The notes beneath the pieces are model-generated. The model was given only the letters and a program-made list of their open reading frames with translations, searched no databases and was not told the origin of the DNA. The position numbers were made by a program, and so were the translations under genes. A DNA stretch of 64,000 nt from NCBI GenBank assembly GCA_963662315.1, contig OY759353.1, positions 992,001-1,056,000 of the forward strand. Direction: 5' to 3'. Source of the stretch: Geopsychrobacteraceae bacterium (lineage in GTDB: Bacteria; Desulfobacterota; Desulfuromonadia; Desulfuromonadales; Geopsychrobacteraceae). This document shows, piece by piece, positions 10,468-18,856 of the stretch; positions within the stretch are counted from its first letter, which is position 1, and each line of letters starts with the position of its first letter.

Positions 10468-12404
10468 GACTGCGGCTCCTGTGCTTTGTTCCCCTGCTGA
10501 TAGATCCACACCTTGAACACATAACCATTCAGGTTCAGGCGGTTGCGACCACGATTCAGTTTACTGTCACGCACTTCGTAGTCCCATTTTTCCAGCTCAT
10601 GGTTCAACTCACTGACAAAGCTCTGAGCCAGGGTATCCTGCAAGGCCCACCCTTCCAGGTAGAAACCATCGCGTTCCTTGGTTTCTTCAATCAGATCAAA
10701 AATGACGCCGTCATTCACCGCCCGAGCAAAAGCTTCGAGCACGGCGGGGATCAAGTCCTGACGATAACGGATCACCGTGTCAAGGACCTCCCCCAGACGT
10801 CGCTGCTCTGCCAGCTCAGCTTCTTTATCATCGAGCTGACGCTGCAACTTGCCGACTTCCGCAGACAACGCCTGCGATTCCTTGATAATCTTCATGCGTC
10901 GCTCATACTCGATATCGAGCAGATCCCGTTCAAAATTGACCGTTTCGATCTTGTTGCGCAGGTGCACATCCATGGCGTAGAGCCCCGCCACAACCAGGAC
11001 CAGCGCCACGAGGGGGTAGTATTGCTTGCGTTTCCACACCGGCGGCGGTGGAGTCTGGGCGCGGATAGCCACAGCCTGAAGAGGGCGGACCCCTTTCAGG
11101 GCGTGTCGCGCAGCAGCGCGCATAGCCACGAGGGCTTCTACCGGCCAAACCTTTTCATCACCCGGGAGCGGAGCACTGAGCACGGCAACCGGTATCTGCA
11201 AGCGCGCTTCGAGAGCAGCGCTGATCTCTTCAGCTATGCTTTGCGGAGCATTCAGAACAATCACCTCACGTGGACTGGCCAACATCTGATAGACCGCTTC
11301 AGCAATTTCTTCTCCGCCAGCAGACCCGTAACAAGGGGTCATCAGCAGGTTATCAATGCCCCGGGAGCCCCCGGTGACAAACACGTACTGTTCCTGGCGG
11401 ACATCAACCAACAGCCAGTCGCGTTGCTCTTCTCCCAGATGGACAGCTGCCAGCCCGGCCTGCGGATAGATCCACTGCAACCTTATTTTGTGACGCCGCA
11501 GAGCCTCCACATAGCGTCGCGCCAGGTCGGCCGAAACCGCGCCACCCAACCACGGGTAATAGCCATCATCTTCGTCACCGGCCTGACCGGACCAGCCGAT
11601 ACGCAGGCTTTCATCCTCAACCAGCAGCTGATCAAGCTGCTGCAGAACCGTGGCCATAGCTTCTGAGCCAACGGTCTGCTCACATAATTCAGAAACAGGC
11701 ATTTCAGCGTTGCGCGCCTGTTTTTCAAGGTGACAACGTTGCTCATAACTAAGGACTCCCCGTTCTTGGAGCAGAGCAACTGGTGTCACCAGGTCATTCC
11801 CGGCAACCACAGCTTCTTCCATTTCGTAACGGATCAATTCGGTCATCTGTTCGCGCGGGCGCGGACGGTCAGGAGCAACCGGCAAACTGAGCAACCGGGC
11901 CGCTGCCAATGGGGACACCAGCACCGCCTCGCGCGGCAAGCGCTTGGTCTGTTTCTTCAGTTCGGCAACGACTTCGCCAATGGCTTTATCAAAATCAGCA
12001 TTGTCAGAGCTGGCAGCAGCACCAAAGGTAATGGTTCCGTTAACCTGACGCCGGGCAATAAATGCGCTGACCGCTGCCGGGCTGGCATCGACAACCAGTA
12101 CCTGTTTAGCCGGGCGCGGCAGCCCTTTAATACCACCCTTTTGAGCACCTTTTTTGACCCCACCGTTACCGAGCAGCGGCAGCGGCAGTTTGCTCCGCCC
12201 GGCACCCGGAGCTGCCTCAATTTGCGCTCCGTTGGCACCCTTTTTTTTGCCGGCGCTTGCCTTACCACGACGCAGCCGTTTAAGCAGCCCGGATGGTTTC
12301 TCGGCCGCTCTGGTCGCGGTTACGGACCCGGCTTCGAGCCTATTTTCAGAAGCCTTCTCAGGTGCGGACTTGTCTTTGCGTTTGATTGAAAATTTCACCA
12401 GCAT
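10464..12404 (-). CDS. PilM-PilN (GspL-like) fusion protein
   Basis: Actin-like cytoplasmic region (ELIRYEMEE), one TM, coiled coil, PilN-like LEGWA...QSFVSEL; operon position. Confidence 0.7.
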   Translation of the reverse strand: MLVKFSIKRKDKSAPEKASENRLEAGSVTATRAAEKPSGLLKRLRRGKASAGKKKGANGAQIEAAPGAGRSKLPLPLLGNGGVKKGAQKGGIKGLPRPAKQVLVVDASPAAVSAFIARRQVNGTITFGAAASSDNADFDKAIGEVVAELKKQTKRLPREAVLVSPLAAARLLSLPVAPDRPRPREQMTELIRYEMEEAVVAGNDLVTPVALLQERGVLSYEQRCHLEKQARNAEMPVSELCEQTVGSEAMATVLQQLDQLLVEDESLRIGWSGQAGDEDDGYYPWLGGAVSADLARRYVEALRRHKIRLQWIYPQAGLAAVHLGEEQRDWLLVDVRQEQYVFVTGGSRGIDNLLMTPCYGSAGGEEIAEAVYQMLASPREVIVLNAPQSIAEEISAALEARLQIPVAVLSAPLPGDEKVWPVEALVAMRAAARHALKGVRPLQAVAIRAQTPPPPVWKRKQYYPLVALVLVVAGLYAMDVHLRNKIETVNFERDLLDIEYERRMKIIKESQALSAEVGKLQRQLDDKEAELAEQRRLGEVLDTVIRYRQDLIPAVLEAFARAVNDGVIFDLIEETKERDGFYLEGWALQDTLAQSFVSELNHELEKWDYEVRDSKLNRGRNRLNLNGYVFKVWIYQQGNKAQEPQS

Positions 12405-12418
12405 GCCAACTTTCTCAT

Positions 12419-13879
12419 TTAAAAATACTCTGCCATATTCCATTCAAGGGGCCCGAAGGGGCGACCGGGAAGGACAGTGTAGTTTCTCCAGTTTAATTGC
12501 GCTGGAGCAGCAGCAGAGGGTCCTGCCGCTGAAAATTCGGTCCCTGTGCAGCTGGCTCCATCATGAAGGTAAATTCCAAAGGCAATATTTCCCATATACA
12601 TATTTATTGGTGATGAAAATGAAAACTCGACACTTTTAGGCCGCCCATCCCAGTAATAAATGCCACTATTTGTTGAACCTTCTGCAACTACTCCGGCGAC
12701 ACTATGCTCGACCACGAGACAGAGGTTTTGAGGATATGAAATCACCCTCCACACAAATCCAGCCCCCTCACAAGTACCTTGACTGATGTAACTAGAATCA
12801 CTGCAGATAAAAGACGCTCCATTAAATACCTGACTCCAGTCGCCATCAATAACAGCATCAGCATTATAATCGGCAGCACTACAAGCAAGCTTAGCGCGAG
12901 TAAGATCAAAACAGCCTTCGTTTCCGCTAGAGGTATAATATTGCCAGCGCCCCAGGATTCCGTTGCCGTAGTCGGTTCCGGCGCAGGTTGCCTCATCGCC
13001 AACCGTAGTATCCCTGCAAGCCCAACCAACATCACCTGCTGGCAACCAGACACCTTCGGCATCACTGCAACTCCAGAAATCCTCATATCCGGGCAAAGCT
13101 ACCCACGAACCGGGAGTAGCAGCGCTGATACAGGCGTCCATATTGCGATTAGCCAAAGGATCCTCAGTGCAACGATAGCAATTGGCTGGAGCAGGAAAGG
13201 AGACCGTCACCCCATTGCTCGTTTCGATAGTCGTCACATAGCGATCAGCGTTAATAAGTGGCTGGCTGCTAGCTGGCGGATAATCGTTTTCGAAAACGTC
13301 CGTACCACTTGGGATACCATCACGCCCGTAGCTCTGCACCGTAACCCCACTTGTCTGACTGTAGTTCCAACCGAAATTATCCCCACTATCGTTATTCCCC
13401 CAACCATCCTGAAAGCGCGGGTAATCATTATGCTCAGCAGCCGTAAGATATGGGCCGTTCCAGCCCGCCTGGACCAACCAACCATTGCAATCACCCGAAG
13501 CGTTTTTACAATCGTAATCAGGCTGCGTCACCCACGTTCCACCCGCAGAAACACAATCGATCTCATCGGTCAGCACTTCCGGTGCGCCGGCACAATAATT
13601 CTGACGCAGCAGCGCATTCAGACTCGGTGGCACCTGCCCCATATCGGCGATATAGCCGCTGATTTCGGAGTGGCCGTTCAGTTTTCTGGAGGTATCGCCG
13701 ACAATGGCGTGGCGGATGGCGTTGATCCTTTGACGAGTGTCGTCAAAGTGTAATTGATCGGATCGGTTGCCAACCACCCCCAGGCTCATCCAGGCAACAG
13801 CAGAAAGTATGGTCACCACCAACAACAGCTCCAGCAGGGTCATGCCCCGGTTGTTGGCGATACGAGATTTCAGGCTCAC
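12419..13879 (-). CDS. Large minor pilin with Cys-rich repeats (candidate tip adhesin)
   Basis: Class III signal G|MTLLELLLVV; GYIADMG, GWNGPYL and DGWG pilin motifs; Cys-rich C-terminal half. Confidence 0.85.
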   Translation of the reverse strand: MSLKSRIANNRGMTLLELLLVVTILSAVAWMSLGVVGNRSDQLHFDDTRQRINAIRHAIVGDTSRKLNGHSEISGYIADMGQVPPSLNALLRQNYCAGAPEVLTDEIDCVSAGGTWVTQPDYDCKNASGDCNGWLVQAGWNGPYLTAAEHNDYPRFQDGWGNNDSGDNFGWNYSQTSGVTVQSYGRDGIPSGTDVFENDYPPASSQPLINADRYVTTIETSNGVTVSFPAPANCYRCTEDPLANRNMDACISAATPGSWVALPGYEDFWSCSDAEGVWLPAGDVGWACRDTTVGDEATCAGTDYGNGILGRWQYYTSSGNEGCFDLTRAKLACSAADYNADAVIDGDWSQVFNGASFICSDSSYISQGTCEGAGFVWRVISYPQNLCLVVEHSVAGVVAEGSTNSGIYYWDGRPKSVEFSFSSPINMYMGNIAFGIYLHDGASCTGTEFSAAGPSAAAPAQLNWRNYTVLPGRPFGPLEWNMAEYF

Positions 13880-13902
13880 AATCAGTACCTTGCGTGAAAA
13901 AA

Positions 13903-14412
13903 TCAGTGCAATTCAGGCCGCTGGTAATCAACCACCATAATGGCTGGGCCCTTAGCGTAGTTATACAGGTGGTACCCCAACAACCGCACATGCTCGTCAA
14001 CATGCAGGTTGGCGGCAAATTTTTCCGCAGCTGCGCTTTCCACATAGACGGGGAAAATACGCCCGGCGGTAGTCTCAATGAACATGCGATGCTCCACCTT
14101 GGGCATGGGCTGGACACCGGCCACTTCCAGAGCGGTGTAGACATAGCTCATGTCGCGCTGCTCGGGCAGACGCTTAACACTGGCCACAAAGCTGATCGGC
14201 TCGGCCATTTTGATCATCTTTTTCCCCTTGGGCACCTTCCCTTTTTCGGCAACGATAAAGGTATCGATATCCACAGCGACAAAATCGCCGGGAGCCTGTT
14301 TCACCATGGTCTGCGCCATTTCTCCCCCCCCTTCAGCCTGATTATCAACCGCCCCGGCACAGGTAGCGCTCAGCACCAGGCCCAACAGCAGCAACTTAAA
14401 AACCTTGTTCAT
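13903..14412 (-). CDS. Secreted hypothetical protein (possible OB-fold)
   Basis: Signal peptide; abuts the upstream pilin stop. Confidence 0.75.
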   Translation of the reverse strand: MNKVFKLLLLGLVLSATCAGAVDNQAEGGGEMAQTMVKQAPGDFVAVDIDTFIVAEKGKVPKGKKMIKMAEPISFVASVKRLPEQRDMSYVYTALEVAGVQPMPKVEHRMFIETTAGRIFPVYVESAAAEKFAANLHVDEHVRLLGYHLYNYAKGPAIMVVDYQRPELH

Positions 14413-15153
14413 TTATTCAATCTCCAGACGGATATTGTCATTCGATTCCACATAATCGCCATCCGGACCGGAGCTGACCAGCAACGGCCGGGAATTTAGG
14501 TTAAACAACAGATAGGGACGCCCCCAAGTATCGCGCTCGTCTCGACTACTGCCGGTTTTCAGACTCCAGCCGAGCAGATTATTATGCGGACGGTGCTCAA
14601 AGGGATCGGCCAAACCGTCGACATCGGTCAACACTACGGCAGATACGGTTTCCGTCGGGTCACCTGCGGTATTTCCCGCCGCCGTGCCATCATTGACGTT
14701 ATTACTGATATTGACGTAACCGTCAGCAAACCCTTTCAGGTAGGGCCCACGCCACCCGCGCCCGCTTTCCGCGTCCCAAGTCTCCAGTGGATGGCCACCG
14801 GGCAGCGGACTGTCAGAGGTGAGCAGCAGCCAGAAATTGGCTGGCGAATAGAACCAGACCTTCTTTTCTGCATCGTCCGCCCCTGCGTAGGCGGGCAGAT
14901 CGGCGTAGTCAATGACGCCACTCAAACCATCATCGTCCATACCGAAGGGCCCGGTCTTCGGGTAGTACCCCGTGTCCTGGCGAAACTGACGTATCGCCTG
15001 GGCGATCTCTTGCATCTCGGTACGCACCAGCTGATCGTTGGCGTGTTCGCTAATACCGATATAGTTGCCTGCGGCAACAAAAGCGACGGCGGCTAATATG
15101 GATACCGTCACCAGCAGCTCAATCAGGGTGAAGCCCCCCTGGCCCAGCTTCAC
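14413..15153 (-). CDS. GspG-like prepilin
   Basis: G|FTLIELLVTV, QFRQDTGYYP, GWRGPYL, DTWGRPY, SSGPDG; GTG 15153 follows GGGAGA. Confidence 0.88.
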   Translation of the reverse strand: MKLGQGGFTLIELLVTVSILAAVAFVAAGNYIGISEHANDQLVRTEMQEIAQAIRQFRQDTGYYPKTGPFGMDDDGLSGVIDYADLPAYAGADDAEKKVWFYSPANFWLLLTSDSPLPGGHPLETWDAESGRGWRGPYLKGFADGYVNISNNVNDGTAAGNTAGDPTETVSAVVLTDVDGLADPFEHRPHNNLLGWSLKTGSSRDERDTWGRPYLLFNLNSRPLLVSSGPDGDYVESNDNIRLEIE

Positions 15154-15164
15154 TTTCAGTCTCC

Positions 15165-15488
15165 CTAAAGTCCGCAGGCTTTGCGGGCGCTCTTGGCGGC
15201 GAGTTGCCATTCGGGGCCGAATTTACGTCGCGCTTTATTAAAGGCATCGCCCTGATCAGCACCACTGACCAGCAGCTCAGCGATATAGTTATAGGGGTCT
15301 TTATCTACCCCTTCAGCATCCATTTTTTCAGCGTAGCAGTCAGCCTGCTGCGGGGTTAAACCGGACTTACGCAGGCCTTCTTTCATCTTGTCAACATCTC
15401 CGCCGCACCCAGCCAGAAAAACCACCAGCACCAGCACCAGCAGCAGCCTCCCCTTGGTCCATACAGCTTTCATCATCAGTTCTCCCAT
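15165..15488 (-). CDS. Small lipoprotein (possible pilotin)
   Basis: Lipobox FLAGC; two further Cys; inside the pilus operon. Confidence 0.75.
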   Translation of the reverse strand: MGELMMKAVWTKGRLLLVLVLVVFLAGCGGDVDKMKEGLRKSGLTPQQADCYAEKMDAEGVDKDPYNYIAELLVSGADQGDAFNKARRKFGPEWQLAAKSARKACGL

Positions 15489-15540
15489 GTTCTGTTTGAC
15501 GAGTCATGTGCCCCTGGCGCCGCCCACCGGCGTCGGCACA

Positions 15541-15582
15541 AAAACCGGGCCACCTGCGACAGTCCTTGTCGCCTGTGGCCCG
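15541..15582 (-). terminator. Intrinsic terminator downstream of the major pilin
   Basis: Minus strand CGGGCCAC...GTGGCCCG stem (inner GCGACA/TGTCGC) followed by GTTTTT. Confidence 0.6.
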
Positions 15583-15670
15583 ATACGTGGCCGGAGCGGG
15601 TTCGTTTTGGTTACTTTCCCTGGGAAGGAATGGGCGGTCCGGCCAGCCGCCCGGTGAAGACTAACTGTTA

Positions 15671-16669
15671 TTAGATCGTGTTACGGGTACCATCCCATTC
15701 GCCCAATTCTTCTTCTTTGGTATCACCAGCGCCGTCAACGACACCGACGAATAGGACTTGGTCGACTGCGGTAGGAGCAACCCAAGCACCTGCAGTCACT
15801 TCAGCTTCAGCTACCTTGAACAATCCAATAAAACGATTATATTGATCGGCGTTTACATGTCGATAAACCGGTACGGAAGTCATTGCACCTAAGTTACCGG
15901 TATTAAAAAGACTTGAAGACGGCCCAAAACCAACAGCCATAAGAACAGGCGCCTTGGTTCCGTCGGCAGGAACCGTACCACCAGGACTGGTCATATTGGT
16001 ACCATCAAAGGTAGCATCGTCATACTCACCCGGGCCAAGAATCCGCTCTACAGCACCCGACCAATAAACAAGGTTTGCCATATCAGCAACAGCGACACTA
16101 GCGCCGCAACCGTTACCTGCTTCGCCGTTGAAAATATTACCGGCAACAACGGCATTGCCCCGATTAGAGATTGTGTCCTGAAGAGCAGTACTGGCGCAAT
16201 CAGCAGTCAAAACTGAACCGTCACCATAGTCAGGTGTAGCCTCATCAATAACGCGCAGAGACTCCATGCCGATTTCTCCCATAACTGTATCGACGTCTGT
16301 GATCAGGCCACCAACCACAACATCTCCGATTCCAAGGATGTCACCATCAGCATTTGGCAGAAGCGCAGTCGCCAAAGGAGCAGCAGCAGAAGCATCCGCT
16401 ACATACATCAGTGAGTCCAGATTGTTCGGGTAAACATTGTGCTGCAGAACACGGAAGGTATTAACTCCCTTGTTCAGCTCATCCATCATGGCTACGTGAG
16501 CAGCTGCAGCGGCGCGGGCGTCGGTGTCCTGCAGGGCCACGGTAGCGGTACCGGCGATTGCTGCCAGAATGGCGACAACGACCAGTAATTCGAGCAGGGT
16601 GAACCCGCGATTGTTGTTTTTGCTTTTCAGCTTTTTCAGACGTTTCAACAAAAATTCACGACCTAACAT
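15671..16669 (-). CDS. Unusually large probable major pilin
   Basis: G|FTLLELLVVVAIL; basic leader; first pilin of the operon and followed by a terminator. ATG 16669 has an AAGGA RBS; alternative start 16717. Confidence 0.85.
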   Translation of the reverse strand: MLGREFLLKRLKKLKSKNNNRGFTLLELLVVVAILAAIAGTATVALQDTDARAAAAAHVAMMDELNKGVNTFRVLQHNVYPNNLDSLMYVADASAAAPLATALLPNADGDILGIGDVVVGGLITDVDTVMGEIGMESLRVIDEATPDYGDGSVLTADCASTALQDTISNRGNAVVAGNIFNGEAGNGCGASVAVADMANLVYWSGAVERILGPGEYDDATFDGTNMTSPGGTVPADGTKAPVLMAVGFGPSSSLFNTGNLGAMTSVPVYRHVNADQYNRFIGLFKVAEAEVTAGAWVAPTAVDQVLFVGVVDGAGDTKEEELGEWDGTRNTI

Positions 16670-16719
16670 TTTTCCTTTTCCTTTCAGCTTTAGGTTGCAT
16701 TTACGCCTTACCATCATGT

Positions 16720-17010
16720 AAGGCAGGTTGATTAAAGCCGAAGTGCCTCACCCACAGAGACCGCCTTTCGGTGGCACCAGATGGTTGACATCTGGAAACA
16801 TGCGTACTCTTTTGTCGCCCGCCGCGCAGGAGGCTTAAGCCCACGCTTTTAAGCAACTTATCTTTTTCTTGACCTAGGAGATGTCACACCTGCCCCCCTC
16901 CTGCACCTTCGGGCATGACCGGCTGCGTGGCCCCCTGCCACCGCAGCCTTTGTTTGTTTCGCGTGCACGGCTGAAATTACCAGCCTGCTTAAGCATTGAG
17001 GGGCTTAAGC
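16720..17010 (-). promoter_or_regulatory. Highly structured intergenic leader before the major pilin
   Basis: Hairpins at 16743-16776, 16777-16795, 16921-16948, 16968-16985 and 16987-17010; repeated GCTTAAGC. Confidence 0.45.
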
Positions 17011-17223
17011 TTATTTTGCCGTGGCCGGTTTTGCAGCCACGGCCGGATTATGAAAGTCGAGAACATAACGATATTGTTTTCCACAATGCACGATGACCTC
17101 TTTTTGACCGCGTCGCAAAATCTTCATTTCGATACGGATTTCCCCGTAGCCGTCATGCCTGAACAACTCGTCGTAGAGCTGCTCGATCCGTTTCATCACT
17201 TGCCGATGGGTTCCTTCTTCCAT
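17011..17223 (-). CDS. 70-aa basic leader protein of the pilus operon (HemP/YezD-reminiscent)
   Basis: GAGGA RBS; HDGYGEIRIEMKILRRGQKEVIVHCGKQYRYVLD; first ORF after the CRP-type promoter. Confidence 0.75.
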   Translation of the reverse strand: MEEGTHRQVMKRIEQLYDELFRHDGYGEIRIEMKILRRGQKEVIVHCGKQYRYVLDFHNPAVAAKPATAK

Positions 17224-17392
17224 AACTATCTTACTGTCCTCTTATTGAACTGCTGCTTCCTGCTGATCCCTGCCCGCAAAAAACAATCTATTTGGCTTAC
17301 TTTTCATAACGATCTGCTGCCGCCTATTCCGTAAATTGCGACATTCACCCCGGCAGCATAATCTCGTTGGCCGTTGTGCCTGACGTGGACTG

Positions 17393-17435
17393 AATGTAAT
17401 TGAAAACGAATATCAAAACCGTGATCAGAAACACA
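17393..17435 (-). promoter_or_regulatory. CRP-type box plus -10 for the pilus operon
   Basis: Minus strand TGTGT-ttctga-TCACG, 21 nt, then TACATT. Confidence 0.6.
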
Positions 17436-17524
17436 CTTTGCATTTTTTTTGGTTATAATTTTCAAATATTTACTGAACGCCAATGATAATTTTATACCCA
17501 TAAAACCGTCGCTTTCTAAAGAAT

Positions 17525-17567
17525 CGTGATCAGCGTCACGGATTCAAATTTGCGCTTCAGCTATCCT
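17525..17567 (+). promoter_or_regulatory. CRP-type box plus -10 for the Rid/imelysin operon
   Basis: CGTGA-tcagcg-TCACG, 21 nt, then TATCCT. Confidence 0.65.
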
Positions 17568-17663
17568 TCTGCCTGCGACATTCATTCATAACTATTCCGC
17601 TATCGTCCTCCCCCCTACGGGAGATCTTTTTTCCTCCTTTACGATGCGGACTTAGTATTCATC

Positions 17664-18836
17664 ATGATCAATTACGAACACCTGTCATTTAACGACGTCA
17701 ATATCACCTGCTCACACTATTGCCGGAATTCCGTCAGCGAACGCCACCTGGCTATCTCCTGCCCTGCCCGGACAGGTTTTAAAGCCCAGCTTGAAGGGAT
17801 CGAAAGTGCGTTAAGCGCTTTTATCGCCGGCCATTTACTGCCCCCGGGCTGCGTCATTTTCGGCCGCCTTTTCGTTAGCGACCATGCCAATCAGCAACGG
17901 GAGATCAGCGCCTTCGCCATTCGCCTAGCCGATTGGTGTGGCGGCTGCGCGCTGTCGGTTATTCAGCAGCCACCCCTTTCTTCAGCAAAGGTTGAGGCCT
18001 GGTTTTATCTGGTTGATGACGCTGGTAAAGTCCAGGCAAAAACCAGGAACGGCGATGAACTGATCCTCCAGCGCAATGGCTACCGCCATTTATGGCACTG
18101 CTCACAAATGAACGGTTGCCGACCAGGCAACGCTGCAGCCCAGACCACCGCGGTGCTGAATGCTTACGCCAGCGAACTGCAACAGCATGGCGGCACGCTG
18201 AAGGATAACTGCATCCGCACCTGGTTGTATGTACGGGATGTTGATTTTCACTACCAGGGGGTGGTCGATGCGCGGCGGGAACTGTTTACGGAACACGACC
18301 TGACCAAGGAGACGCACTTTATCGCCAGTACAGGGATTGAGGGGCGTCATGGCCACACCGCTGCTAACCTGGTGATGGACAGCTATGCCCTGCTGGATAT
18401 TTCCCCCGGGCAGGTTCAGTTCCTGCAGGCACCGGAATTTCTTAACCCGACCCATGAATACGGGGTCACCTTTGAACGCGCCACCAGCGTCGACTTTGGC
18501 GATCGTCGTCATATCTATATCAGTGGTACAGCCAGCATCGATAAATATGGGGCGGTCGTACATCCGGAAAACATTGAGCTGCAGCTGGAACGCACGCTGG
18601 TCAATATTGAAGAACTGCTGAAAAGTGCCTCGGCAGGAATAACCGACCTGGCTCAGATCATTGTCTACCTGCGCGACCTGGCAGACGCAGAAACAGTGGA
18701 AAGGTTTCTGGCCCAGCACTATCCCAAGCTACCGCGAGTACTGGTGCTGGCACCGGTATGCAGGCCTGGCTGGCTGGTGGAGATCGAAGGGATTGCGATT
18801 TGTGATGTTTGTCAGGATGACTATAATAATTTTTAA
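17664..18836 (+). CDS. Multi-domain Rid/YjgF-family protein (FkbO/Hyg5-like)
   Basis: CIRTWLYVRD, FIASTGIEG, YGVTFERAT, IYISGTASID, APVCRPGWLVEIEG. Confidence 0.85.
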   Translation: MINYEHLSFNDVNITCSHYCRNSVSERHLAISCPARTGFKAQLEGIESALSAFIAGHLLPPGCVIFGRLFVSDHANQQREISAFAIRLADWCGGCALSVIQQPPLSSAKVEAWFYLVDDAGKVQAKTRNGDELILQRNGYRHLWHCSQMNGCRPGNAAAQTTAVLNAYASELQQHGGTLKDNCIRTWLYVRDVDFHYQGVVDARRELFTEHDLTKETHFIASTGIEGRHGHTAANLVMDSYALLDISPGQVQFLQAPEFLNPTHEYGVTFERATSVDFGDRRHIYISGTASIDKYGAVVHPENIELQLERTLVNIEELLKSASAGITDLAQIIVYLRDLADAETVERFLAQHYPKLPRVLVLAPVCRPGWLVEIEGIAICDVCQDDYNNF

Positions 18837-18856
18837 CCGGAAGGAGAACTTTTGCG

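Noticed and set aside
4565..13753. Long plus-strand ORFs (4565-5317, 10599-11666, 11730-12389, 12779-13753)
   Set aside because: Antisense shadows of well-supported minus-strand genes, with no recognisable motifs.
12419..16717. Geobacter-type e-pilin or cytochrome nanowire
   Set aside because: The pilins are long rather than truncated, and there are no CxxCH haem motifs in them.
16720..17010. c-di-GMP-I (GEMM) riboswitch before the pilin
   Set aside because: A GAAA-capped stem exists, but the GGCAAA...GACGCAAAG consensus is absent; kept only as an unknown structured leader.
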